Below, piece by piece: positions 23,775 through 36,479 of a stretch of 51,097 nt of DNA. The position numbers and the translations under genes are program-made. The notes beneath the pieces were generated by a model that was not told the origin of the DNA, did no database searches, and worked only from the letters and a program-made list of their open reading frames with translations. Source of the DNA: Girardia tigrina (taxonomy: Eukaryota); assembly GCA_001938485.1 (NCBI GenBank), contig MQRK01169514.1:1-51097 (forward strand), read 5' to 3'. The number at the start of each line of letters is the position of its first letter. Positions within the stretch are counted from its first letter, which is position 1.

Positions 23775-26149
23775 ATTTAAAATAAACATGTCATTGTCCT
23801 TTATTGAGTTGTTTTTGTTTTTGAGCATCGATTAAATCAGTAAATACGAATAAAAATTCGAGGATCAGTGATTAGTGATTCAATTAAAAGGAAATTTGAT
23901 CAAATTTAAATCATCGAATCGATTACTAAATCCAGTTTGATAATCAGTTACTTTCACGACTGAAATTTATTTTTTATCACTTATCAATTCCCATGACGCA
24001 AAATTCGTGTTGAAATTCACAAAAAACTGAAGTATCTGCGAATCGGAATCGAAACTATTCGAGAGATACGTGTCGATTATGCGCATCGGGAAGAGGTACT
24101 ATTTGTTATAATCCATAAAAAAAAACTCGGAATCGATTCGATTTTTTTTGATGCTAAATCGATTGGAGAAAGTGCCGTTGATTACAAGACGGGATGACAA
24201 GTGTGCATGTTGATTGGGCATTTATTATCAAGCTGAGGGGAACGAATACTTCCAATTGGATCGATTGAACATGACGATGAGGAACTAGGAGTAGGGTCTG
24301 AGATTTATTTGGATGTATGTGAGCATTAGCTATAGCCTCTTTTGGGTCCTCGAGCACGGGGATTATGAGATCAGGAACGTGATCGAGTGGCTCTTACTAA
24401 GTATCTCTGAGAGACAGTTATGAACGCACACATTTACTCTAGTCGTGAACAACTGTTCGATGGTGCTAAGCGCTCTACTACGCTTGCTTAAGGCTTTCTG
24501 TCGATGTGCCAAGGGTTATCGAGGGTTGGGATAACTCAACGAGGCTTATGAGGTTTCATGGCCTGCTCTTAAGATCACCTCTACCAACTGTGATGTGACG
24601 AGAGATTTAAACGAGGTAATGAAACGGCTGGCACGCTAAACCTGTCAGTAAGAAGTTTGATGAAAGTGAGAAGTAAATTAATAAATAAATGGATCAGGGA
24701 TAAACACCATATAAAGCTTTCCTTTCAAAGGAATCAATTGAAGTGATAGTTGATCAACTCCTCTAATTAGCTTTTGAAATACATCTTTTAAATATTTTAT
24801 AGATGAGTCTCTTCAAAAACTTCCTTTATTATTTGGAGTAGTTAAAATAAATCTAAACACCTTTGAATACATATTAAAACCTTCTTACTTTTTTCCATTA
24901 TCTCCTCAAAACTTACTATACCAATAATTAAAAAAGATGTCGATAAAGGTAAAATTTATTTTAGCAACATTCAAAAAAGATCTTTTGAGAAGGAATTTGT
25001 AGGGGTTCTTCAACGTTTTGAGATATTTACAATTGTAAGACGGCAATACGTTAAACACAATATCCTGAAAACATTCGGTTTATTTAGTTACCCTACATTA
25101 TACCTCGTGTAATATTCAGGTTATAACGTCTAAAAAATTATTATTCTACTTGAATAAAATCGGTTATCTTTACTGTTTTAAATATTATTTGAAATATTTG
25201 TCTCTCTTAAAAAGTATTATAAATATTAAAATTATTCGAATTATAATCGCCGCATACTGATAAATATAAGTAGATTCTCTCCACTTGCTTTTAAATATAA
25301 ATTTTATTTTATATTTTTTAATTTTCTTTAAATTAACTTTTACCATATTTAACTTTGCTATACGACTTAAAAATAGCTTTTTTTGACTTTTAATGATTTT
25401 TTTTACTTATTGACGATAATTAACTTTTATAAAAATATTTTAAAGATCTCAAGGAATGACCCAATCTAAATAAGGCACGAATGACCACTGAAGCATTACG
25501 TCTTGGAAACCTTTGGACTTTCTTAATTGCACAGAATGGTTCTTCTCATCACTAAGATATATTTTATTTATTTTTATTATTTATATTTTTGTTCATCATT
25601 GTTTTCCGATACATTCATGAATATATTAGTTATTATGTAAAATATTTGGTGTAAGTTGTTGAATTCTGACTGATAAACGTATGCAAGAGTTAGAAAATAT
25701 TGTAAAGTCAATTATTATTGCATCTTGTTTTTTCAGATCGTTCAAGTTGCCTTTACGAATTATATTTTTAAAATAGTCACAAATAAAGAAAATAATCTCC
25801 AAAAATAACTATAAATTTAGGGGTTACAAGTTTAAACGTAATACATTTACCGTGAAAGTAGAATTCGCATAAGAGAAGAAAATCACAATTTTTAAAAAGA
25901 TTGTGTAAAAGGATACTATAAAAATGGATTTTCGCCTTGATATGATGACGTATTTAATAAGTAACCAAATTGTCCAGTTGTCTCAACTATGTTACCAACA
26001 CAGCCACAAATACATGCAACCACCCTATAAATATTTTTACATGTTGTAATTCAAATTAGAAATTTTTATTATTAAAAAAATTAATAATCCATCAGATTTG
26101 AAATTTTATTTGTTACAGTAAAATTATGAACATAGAAAATGAACGTTTC

Positions 26150-26181
<32 letters not shown>

Positions 26182-26189
26182 GTATATAG

Positions 26190-27225
26190 TATTATCAATT
26201 CTAATATCAAATTCACAGTAGAGGAAGAAGTGCAGAGTACTCGACCATTTTTAGACCTATTGATCAACAGGAAATCTAATTGCTATGAAACTGGGATTTA
26301 CAGAAAGAAAACTGACACGGGGTTGTACACCACTCCGGGTTGTTTCAGTGAAACTAGGTACAAAAGCAACATGATTAAATGTTTAATATATCGTTCTTGG
26401 TTTGAAAGTTTAGATAAATTAACAAGTTTATTAAATAAGAATGGATGGTCAAAATCATTTATCGGAAAATTAACTCATCAAACTTTAGATAAAATATTAA
26501 ATGAGTCAAATAGTAATAATAAAAATCTTAATAATACGATTCCTCAAACCATTTCCCCTAATACAAATTATAACCCACTTGAATCAAGGTATATCTTATC
26601 GATTCCTTATTAAGAGGGTTTTAAACATTTAAAATCATCAATTTTGAAAAGTTTGATCCCAAATACCATGAATCTAAAAATTATTTCCGAATCATATAAA
26701 ATTCGTGATATGTTCAGTAATAAATCTCCCACTCCTCTCGGTTTGTGCTCCGATCTTGTTTATAAATATACATGNNNNNNNNNNNNNNNNNNNNNNNNNN
26801 NNNNNNNNNNNNNNNNNNNNNNNNNNNNNNNNNNNNNNNNNNNNNNNNNNNNNNNNNNNNNNNNNNNNNNNNNNNNNNNNNNNNNNNNNNNNNNNNNNNN
26901 NNNNNNNNNNNNNNNNNNNNNNNNNNNNNNNNNNNNNNNNNNNNNNNNNNNGTGTGAGGCCTTATTAATAAGATCCATGGATCCAAAAATTAATATTCAA
27001 GCTTCACACTCAACTTCTCTGTTAAACATTTTCAAATAGAGCCTTTATTACATGATTGGTTGCATAATCACCTTCTCATATATAAGCTGCAAAAAGCCAA
27101 TGTTAATTTAGTCTGAAGATGGCGGGTAATCCGCCGAAATTAATTACAAAAATCAATTTTGAAAAATGGCGTTCACTTTTTAATAATGAAGAATATCAAT
27201 TGCCATTATTTTTTACATTCCATAT
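26190..27225 (+). mobile_element. 5'-truncated Penelope-like element (RT thumb, GIY-YIG, 3' pLTR)
   Basis: IKFTVEEE..PFLDLLI..IYRKKTDTGLY; LVYKYTC[gap]EALLIRSMDPKINIQ; flanked by tatagtat repeats. Confidence 0.88.
27103..27153 (+). ncRNA. Minimal type I hammerhead ribozyme
   Basis: CUGAAGA(27113-27119)-U-GGCGG/CCGCC stem II-GAAA-palindromic UUAA-UU cleavage site; stem I tttagt/acaaaa. Confidence 0.8.
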
Positions 27226-27639
27226 AGTATTATAGTATATATAGTATTTCTATATTGTATATATATTAAAAAACTGACAAACATTGAGCTAATTAAAAGT
27301 AATTAATAAATATTTGTAAATACAAGGTTTTCCCCCATATTTTTGAATTTTTTTCTCACATTTTGGAACCAAATTTTAAATTTATTAAATGTTTTTTTAT
27401 TAAATTTAATTTTAAATTTTTTATTTGAACTTCTGGCGTTTCTCATTACTTCATTTCGAATTCCTTTACTTGTTTATGGTAGTTTTAAGCTCAGGTTCAA
27501 AATATCGTGCAACTTGGTCCATATTTAAAATATTTTTGGCCTAAATTTTTTTCGGCAAATTTAATCCAAATCCTATGGTACACATCTAAATGATGTTTGT
27601 CGCCTTGAAAATAATTTGTTACGATGTTAATTTTTATCC

Positions 27640-27925
27640 AGTTTGTCAGTTGATACTTTAAAAGTATTATATGTATCAGAATTATATATTTTTTCTATGA
27701 AGCGCCGCAGCCTAAATATATTTATCTTTTACGTGAAGACCTTTCTCATTTCTATACTTAATCAATTTTTGAGTTCATTTTCTAGTTCTAGGAATTCAGT
27801 GTTACAGTCTCCATCTGATAATCATCACATAATTCGTGTGGAAATGTCTGGAATTGATAATGTTTTAATTATTTCCGTTTGATTTTAAATCCAGCCTCGA
27901 ATTGTTGATGTTGTTAAATTCTATT
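27640..27925 (-). mobile_element. pogo/Tigger-like CENP-B HTH relic
   Basis: STIRGWI*NQ...FLELENELKN*L..MRK. Confidence 0.5.
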
Positions 27926-28309
27926 TTTTTACCTAAAGCTACAACACCATGATCAGAACTATTAGTCTTATACTCTTTAATGACTTGAATTTCGAATTTT
28001 AAGGAATACAAAAATTAAAATTCAAAAATGTCAAATCAAAAAGGTTTAAAATGAAAACGAGCAAGTTCACAAATGTCAAACGGAATTAATGAAATCCGGC
28101 AGCATCCATAGGTACATCAGCTTAAGCTATGATGCAAAATTGGGATCCGATTAATTATGCATCTTCATTACACAATCGAATAAAGAATTGAAAAATCACG
28201 AATTATTACACATTTTATCTTAATGTGATAATTGCAATTTGTTATAAATATACAGGGAAAGTTGAATTTTCGCAAAAATTAGTGAATTTTGAACAATGTG
28301 CAATTGTCA

Positions 28310-28771
28310 AATATTAAGAACATTTAAACAAGTCTCGTTTGAATGATTATTACAATCACATTTAGAGTCATTATGACTCTCAGAAAGTCTTTCATCGTTT
28401 GTCATCGTTCTAATTGGTTTTCTTATTTCTGTTTTTAATCATGATTATTCGAACAATTTTTCTAAATTATTTTTTTAAATATTTAGCCTCTAAAAATAAT
28501 TATTAAAAAAATAATATTTTTTACCATTTTTCAATAAATCTTAAAATAATAAAAATGCCATCAAATTATTAAAAATCCATTTAATTTAAATTTTACTAAA
28601 AAATATTAAACTTAATTTTAATTGTGTTCGAATAGTCAATCACTTTAAATTTAATTAAAAATACCAATTTCCATCTGGGTGGGAGAATGACCATTCTAAA
28701 TTCAACATACTTAAATCAACATACCGCATCAATACATTTACACATTCAAACAATTTAAAATATTCCTCACA
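28310..28771 (-). repeat. LTR of the TGTGAGG family (3' end not found)
   Basis: Colinear inverted homology with 46793-47280. Confidence 0.7.
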
Positions 28772-28869
28772 ACAAGTTTTATTAATTAATTGTTTTATTG
28801 AATTTTCTGTAAATTGAGTCGATGTTTTTTTTAAAAATAAATAAATAATGTTTAAAGAAAAAAAATTAC

Positions 28870-29350
28870 CTACATAGTAAAAATACATGTTTGTCTAAAT
28901 AATATTGATATGTAAATGAAGGGCGAATTGTTGCGTGTAAATTGATAACTGTTGGAAAATAAATCGATTTTGTTAGATAATTCTTTTTTGATAGATTAAT
29001 CTTCATCTTTGTGAAATTTTGGAACAATGGTTTAAGTATTCGGAGATCTGGACGATGTATATTCCGAATCGAGTCCAGATTCAAATTATCGATCAGCCAT
29101 AGCAAACATTTCAAATATCAGAGAAAATGATGATACGAAGGTAAAACGAATCGAACATCTATTAATATTTATTGACGGTAGATCCGATGAATCGAGATGC
29201 AATCGTCTCAGATTGCTCAATCGTTCGAATGAGTTTCTACGCAAATAAATAGGGGCCGTTTCGACAACTATAACTAAAAGGAATTCAACATTTAAAGCAT
29301 TCAATGAGAAATTGTCGATCGAACTTTTCGTACTTAAACAAAATGCTTCT
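28870..29350 (-). pseudogene. Leucine-rich-repeat coding fragment, frameshifted
   Basis: IYLRRNSFERLSNLRRLHLDSS; LFQNFTKMKINLSK. Confidence 0.55.
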
Positions 29351-29579
29351 GAATGATAAATCTATGGTGAAATTGATGAACCTCTACAATCAACAGTTCA
29401 AAGGAATAGCAATAAAAGGGATGGGAAGATGAGTGGTCATGGTCAGATTTTAATACATAACCCCTTTCGTCCTAGAGTCTGCGCTTCCCCAGCACCAGGG
29501 TTCCGCAGCCGGTGTTGCGCCCGCTCTGGCATCAACACCTTTATATTAACAACCATTATTAATACACAAATCAAGTAAC

Positions 29580-31780
29580 CTATATTTCAGATTTCATGAA
29601 ATTCATATTTCAACTCTTTTTGTGGTGGTTCACAATAATAAATTACATTTTGTAAAATTTATGTAATGAAACTTGTGAGGGGTTTCTCTGATAACTGTCT
29701 GATATCCTTTTTTCTGAGTTGCAATTATGATATTATGAAAATGCATGTCAAAAGCTTTAAAAAAGTCAAAGGATGTCATAATCTATCACGTATAGTTTTC
29801 AAGATAATTAGAAATATTAAAATTTCTATGTGCTAAAGTACCTGCATTCAACTTATTCAACTTATTGGTAATGATGCGAAGTAATAATTAAGTTATATGT
29901 AGTATTTTTAATAAAAATTATAATTTAAGTTTGGATTAATTATAACTCTTATTATATTTTAGATAAAAGTACGAAATATTCATTAATGACACACAGTGGC
30001 TGTATTAATGATCCTAACTGTTTTTGTTACATATGTAAAGAGTTCACCTTTCGAGAATACAGAATGTATGTTACCACACTCATTAAAGCTCAATATCATG
30101 AATATTTCAAAATGAGAATAGGTGATCAAGATAAATCATTTGCTCTACACACTGTGTGCAAAAATGTTCTAATAGCCTTTTTATGTAGGCAACTGGGAAG
30201 TTGAAAAGGATGCCATTCAGTACACCTATAATCTGGCTGGAACAAAAATCCATGTCGATGATTGGCATTTCTTCCTGACAACGACGACTGGTTTTATTAA
30301 GACAGCAAAACAAATTGCTTATCCAGTTGTGGATTCCGCTAAAACGCCTACTCTATATGAAGAAGATGAAGATATTCCTGTCCCCTTAGCTAATAAGGAT
30401 TCGGAAAACACCCCCATTATCTTATTTCGAAGACCGCAAATGATTGGAAGAAAAAGAGAAACTTGAAAGAAAAATCAGCCAGGAGCAGTTTTACATGTTT
30501 GTAAGGTAGCTAGGCTTATCAAAAGCAGATTCTTGTCTAGCTGGATCAATGATGAAGGAATTTGGAGTTTTTCAGCTTAAAGCTAAATTTTCTGTTAAAA
30601 AAGAAAGATAACATATATGTGAATTTTTTCAAAAAAAATGAAAGCCAAGATCTAGTCTATTGTTGCCACATCCCAGCACTGCTTTTAAAACTCGGTATAC
30701 GATCTGATGTTAAAAATGACTGATGGCTCTTCATCGATGCTCCTCCATGTTGACAAAAAGTTTCTGGCTATTTCCATTAGATATTCAAGGAAAGAAAAAG
30801 AAACCTGGATCTTATTTGTAATGATGAGTTCCAGTGGAATGTCGTGAGAACTTTAAAATCATAAGCATGTTAACAGGAATATAAAGAGATTATACAAAAT
30901 TTTATTGCTTTCTATGTTTATTGGATTGTTGGGATAGGAAAGACCATTACAGCAAAGATACATGGCCAACCCGTGAAAATTTGATACCCGGTCAAAGTTG
31001 CATAAAATATGATGTTCTCTTTCCCGTTGAGAAAATCTTATTACCTGCTTTGCACATAAAATTGGGCTGGTTCCAGAATTTTGTAAAAGCCTTGGATAAA
31101 GAAGGTGGACCAATGACAGTAATTAAAGGAAATTTTCCAGGTTGGCAAGCGCCAAGCTTCAGAACGAATTATTTGTTGGACCAGACACATGCAAGTTGAT
31201 GAAGAACCTGCATTTCAAGGCTTCCTTGAGTACCGTTGAATGTCGAGTATGGGATGTTGTCTTTAATACAGTGGGAAACTCTTTAGGTAAGTTTCAAATT
31301 GAATATGCCTATTAATATGTGGCTGTTGTGATGATACGAGTTTTTTCAGGAAATAATCGTTTGATGGCAGCTTTCAAGGAGAGGAATGTGCACATTTCTC
31401 TAAAGATTCATTTCTTAAAGAGTCACATTGATTTCTTTCCCGAAGATTTGGGTAAAATCATTGATGAATATGGAGAACAATTTGATCAAACCATAAGCGC
31501 TATTGGAAATCGATATCATAGACGAGCTGATGAGAGGGCGATGGCTGACTTCTGATAGCTCTTAAAGGTTTAAAAAATGTACATCGAAACATCTAGTTTT
31601 TATTTTACTGACATTTTGGTTTATTCATAAAGCACGTGCTTCTCACAACAAAAATTAAAAAACCTTTTTTCTCAAAAACTAGACCTATTAGAGGAAAAAT
31701 ATATATAATATCTAATTTACATGTCTATGATATTTGGACCCACATAATTTACCAGAGAAAAATTTAATAGATCGAATTTT
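29580..31780 (+). mobile_element. Degenerate Chapaev3-like (CMC) DNA transposon
   Basis: CINDPNCFCYICKEF..IGDQDKSFALHTVC; LPALHIKLG..FVKALD; SLKIHFLKSHIDFFPEDLG..DEYGEQF; family name recalled from motifs; termini uncertain. Confidence 0.7.
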
Positions 31781-31784
31781 ATCC

Positions 31785-32340
31785 TGATGTTCATCATAAG
31801 AAGTTCATTCTGTGTTTGTAGAGGAATTCTTTATCATAAGATTTTGCCAAAGAACTAATCAATTTTGATAGGCATTGTTCCCAAATGAACACTCACAGAA
31901 GAGTAATCGATAAAAAGTGATCAGATTTGGTATGACGATTTTAATTAAAATTATTTAATGATATAATGAATATAGAAAAAATGAATGTATTTGTTTTAAT
32001 ATTCATTTTTTATCACGCAGAAAAATTAACTGGGTCACCTGATTGTATTATGTTTCAAAGAGATGGTTTTTCAAGACTATTCTTGCATTCTTGATTAAGG
32101 CGTTGTCTTTCATCAGGACAACGGTAGATAATATGTATCTTAGCAGACTAGGCAAATGTTATGGAACCTTTTCTTTGATTCCCTTTGTATCCTGCTTATT
32201 CATTTCACTTTTTACATTCGATTTATCGCTGAAAAGGATAGAAAGTTTGAGGATGATGAAACCATGAATCTGGTCAGAGGATGGCAAAGATCATTGATCA
32301 GAAGGATACATGCTTTATTGTATAAAGCTTCATTTTCCTA
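31785..32340 (+). mobile_element. Mariner relic, C-terminal half (a probable N-side piece DEPLQST lies near 29375)
   Basis: HHKKFILCL..GILYHKILPKN; FIAEKDRKF...LVRGWQ. Confidence 0.55.
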
Positions 32341-33439
32341 AAAATACTACACTACTTTTTAATTTTAAAAATGTTCAGTAATTTTTGCTCTACCTTAAAT
32401 TAATATTTATAAATAATGAAAAAAAAACTCATATTCTCTACTTCAATATGATTATATTTTGTTACAAAAAATCAATCTGATTTCTAAAGAAAACAAGTCA
32501 AGATTTTAGATTTAGAATCTAAAGTTTAGATAAAATATATTACAAATAGAAAAAACTTGTAAATACGACTTATTTAAAAAATAATTTAAAGGTTCAAGAA
32601 ATATCGTAAATAGGTTTTAATATTTGATGGTCCTGAATTCCCGAAAAGACTTTTAGGACCCTAAAAGCAACACATTTTATGTCAGAAATAAACAAGCCTT
32701 CGTGCAGCATATATTTCTCAAACAAACTATTTTTTTAATTCGTAACATTTTCATTCTGATGATCGGAATCTGGGAGCAAAATCGAAAATATAAACTAATA
32801 ATAAAGCAATTAAATCTACTTTTTCCGTTAAATTTCTTAAGAAAATAGGGAAATAACGAATAGGTAAAACATCATAATTAAACTGTTTCAATTCTCGGCA
32901 GAAGGAATTAGTAAACATTGATTAACATTTTGCCATCAAAACAGGAAAATATGTTAAAATATGTTAAATTTTGTGTTTCTGTCTGAATTGAGACACAGAT
33001 GGAAGCTGTAAAGATTATTTTATGTATATGATGTTTTATAATGAACTATTATCCCAATTTATTTGTGATAAAATTAATCAGAAAATATGAAAACAATCAG
33101 GGTCGCCATTTATGGGAGACAAAAAATCGCCACACTTTTCTAACAGTAATTTTAATTTTTCCAACTGTGAATCATATGAATGAGGTTGACGCTGACCACG
33201 AGTTAGAATAAGGAAGGATTGTCGAGTGACATTTAGCTCTCCAGAAGTCGTAGAATAGGGCAAATCAAACTAATTTAGAAGAATATATTTCAAAATATAT
33301 ATATCCCTCTTTAATAATAACAATTTATTTACATTTGAATGGCAAAATAATATATTTTTACTATTTGAAAATGGCAATTTGATAAGAATAAAATAATTAG
33401 GCCAAATGAAACTAATTTATTAGTTTTCTCTGTTAATTA

Positions 33440-33752
33440 AGCGGTTGGCTTATTGGTTTTTTCGGTAGTGCTCATAAAAACTAAGGTATTATGGTCCGTG
33501 CGAGCCACAAATCTTTTCCCGTACAAGTATTGTTTAAAATGCAGGACATATTCATGCAGTGCCAAGATTTCCTTTCTTGTCACACAGTAGTCCTTCTCGT
33601 GTGTGGTTAGATGTCTGGAGCAAAATGCTAAAACTGTCTCTTCTCAGTTCTCCATCAATTGGCTCGACAATGCATCGATTGCACTCAAACTAGCGTCGGT
33701 GTCCAAAACGAAAACACGATCTAACCTGGGATAGCCCAGAAAGCATTGCAAA
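33440..33752 (-). mobile_element. Gypsy RNase H fragment
   Basis: FVLDTDASL..VLAFCSRHL..EKDYCVTRKEILAL..YLYGKRFVARTDH. Confidence 0.85.
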
Positions 33753-33869
33753 TTAAATCTCTTAAAAAGAAAGAAAAAAATAGATCTTATTTTTAATAAT
33801 TGAAAAGGTCAAATTAATTAACGATTTTAAAAAGTCGTGAGAATTTATCGTCTAGATTAACCGTTATCA

Positions 33870-34346
33870 TTAGTTCTATTAAGAACACTAAAATGGGTTT
33901 TTGAACAGTTATTTTCAATACAATTTGAATTGTCCTTTGGACAACTGTCAGCCAAGCTTTCAGAATTTGACATCGTTCTAAATTGATAACTTTTAGTTAA
34001 TGTTTTTTAAAAAACAATTATTTGAACAAATTTTCATTATTTTCAGATTTTATTTTAATTTAAAAATTTTAGTAATAATTTTAGCTACATATTAATTTTA
34101 TTTAAAAAATGATTTTATTTAAAGAAAAAACATTTAATTAATCATTTTGAAAATTAGTTAAAAGTTATTTACTTTATTTAAATTTTTAATATTCAAATAT
34201 GAATCGATCTAATATTTTTAAGTTTTTTAAATATCTTATGCTGTACTTTAAAATGCAAATTATACTCAAATTATTAAATTCTCCCAAATTATTACTAAAC
34301 TCAACATACAAAATTCAACATACCAAATTTTGAAATATTCATCACA
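33870..34346 (-). repeat. Diverged LTR of the TGTGAGG family upstream of the RNase H fragment
   Basis: Starts tgtgatgaatatt; shares gtatgttg, aacgatgtcaaa and gtgttcttaat blocks. Confidence 0.55.
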
Positions 34347-34877
34347 AGTAAAAATGATTTTTAAAAAGAAAGTTACTTATATAATACAGTTGGTAATTGT
34401 GCAACGATTATGCATCAGTATATCATTTAAAATCTCCCCATAAGGTTTAAGAGTGTCAATTTGGACGTTAATTATATGACTCAAGGATCATATATATAAC
34501 TCTCTATATATGTCAATCTCTCCTAATTCTCAATTTGATTTAACAGAATATTTAAGTCTGTCATTTTTATGTGATCAGAATGTGATTAGAACTTTCTCAC
34601 TACACAACCATTCCCACAAGAAATTCAATAAATAAATTTATAATGATAATTTAAAGTTATAATTATTGAATCTTTGATGGTCATCATCTTCGTTAAATAT
34701 CCGAACTAGCGCGAATAAAAGATACAAGTATGTTACTTTCACGTGTTCTAACTGTACACCAAATTTCATCAAAATCGGTGGCAGACAGCCGAGAAGGTTC
34801 ATATGTCAGTCGTTTTTAAACATTCTTATATTATGAATTTAATAAATGTATCTTTATTTTCATCATTTTCGGTAGTA

Positions 34878-36300
34878 CAGGGAGGCCCAAAAGTCAATGA
34901 GCCATTTCAAAATCTGATACATATTAGGTGTACAAGTATGAAATGCGGATTTCAGAAAACGGATTGTGCACAATGCAAAAAGTAGGTCAATGGTTAGGCA
35001 ATGATGTCGTAATATTGAGTAATTATGTAGTGTCTCATACCTAACTCATAAATTGATAAAGCCTTTTAATAATTGTTGTATTTCTGTGTTTTAGATGTCC
35101 AAATTTATGCCAAGCAGGGAGCATTCGCNNNNNNNNNNNNNNNNNNNNNNNNNNNNNNNNNNNNNNNNNNNNNNNNNNNNNNNNNNNNNNNNNNNNNNNN
35201 NNNNNNNNNNNNNNNNNNNNNNNNNNNNNNNNNNNNNNNNNNNNNNNNNNNNNNNNNNNNNNNNNNNNNNNNNNNNNNNNNNNNNNNNNNNNNNNNNNNN
35301 NNNNNNNNNNNNNNNNNNNNNNNNNNNNNNNNNNNNNNNNNNNNNNNNNNNNNNNNNNNNNNNNNNNNNNNNNNNNNNNNNNNNNNNNNNNNNNNNNNNN
35401 NNNNNNNNNNNNNNNNNNNNNNNNNNNNNNNNNNNNNNNNNNNNNNNNNNNNNNNNNNNNNNNNNNNNNNNNNNNNNNNNNNNNNNNNNNNNNNNNNNNN
35501 NNNNNNNNNNNNNCGGGTACGCCATCCACATCGACAGCCAGACCAAATCGCTTTGGCAGAAAGACAATGCTCTGCGTTTGGTGGGACCAGAAGGGTGTAA
35601 TTTATTATGAACTATTAAAACCCGATGAAACGATGAATACTGAACGTTACAAACAACATTTGGTCGATTTAAACCGTTCGCTGCTTCAAAAAAGACCTGA
35701 ATACCTCAATAGGCAACACAAGGTTATTCTTCTCCATGACAACGCTTCGTCACATACATCAAAAGCGGTTCGCACTATGTTGGAGGAAATGAATTGGGAA
35801 TTTTTACCTCATGCGGCTTATTCACCAGACTTGGCTCCTTCAGATTACCATTTGTTTGCATCGATGGGTCACGCACTTGCTCAGCAGCGCTTTGATTCTT
35901 ACGAAAATGTGCAAAAATGGGTCGATAAATGGTTCATGGAAAAAACGAAGACTTTTACTGGCGAGGTATCCACAATTTGAGATATAGATGGGACAAATGT
36001 ATCATTAGTAATGGAGCATATTTTGAATAAAGCTTTTTTTATCGTTCTTTTGTTTTTAACGTATTTCTTTTCAAAATTTAATCCGCATTTCATACTTGTA
36101 CACCTAATAATATCTGTCGAAAATCTAATATATGTTATTTGTATTTTTTCTACTAGATAATGGGCACCAACTTCTTGGAGATTATTTTCAGTAAACCAAC
36201 TTTGGAGAAATTCACAACAGAATGAAGAATATAAATTAATGAACTACTTCTGGAAAAGCAGCGGTCAATTGTTCTAAATCAGCGAGAGTACACTCCGCCT
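34878..36300 (+). mobile_element. Truncated Tc1-type 5' end interrupted by mariner C
   Basis: ta|cagggaggcccaaaagtc terminus; EKQRSIVLNQREY after the mariner. Confidence 0.45.
34924..36107 (+). mobile_element. Young mariner C (mauritiana subfamily, Mos1-like) with a frameshift near 35945
   Basis: Perfect TIR ttaggtgtacaagtatgaaatgcggatt; TA TSD; MSKFMP.., HDNASSH..YSPDLAPSDYHLFASMGHAL; shifted frame ends GAYFE* at 36030. Confidence 0.95.
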
Positions 36301-36479
36301 ATTAGAGTAATCAAATTTTAGAGCTTAATCAAATTATAAGGAATTAATTACGAATATTTCATCAACAAGTTTCTCTAATTGATTTAATGACGCACTAAAA
36401 GACCCTATTCATGGAAGTCTTAGGTCAACCTGCTGCATACACAGGAAAGTATTCAGGAGTAACAATAAGAATAAGATCG

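Noticed and set aside
25500-25551. Possible extra host exon (DEKNHSVQLRKSKGFQD)
   Set aside because: Phase 2 to 0 is incompatible with the next exon unless mutually exclusive with it; weak acceptor
28310-28325. Kolobok-like TTAA|GAAC terminus for the four-copy repeat
   Set aside because: No partner TIR; the repeat aligns to a PPT-preceded Gypsy LTR instead
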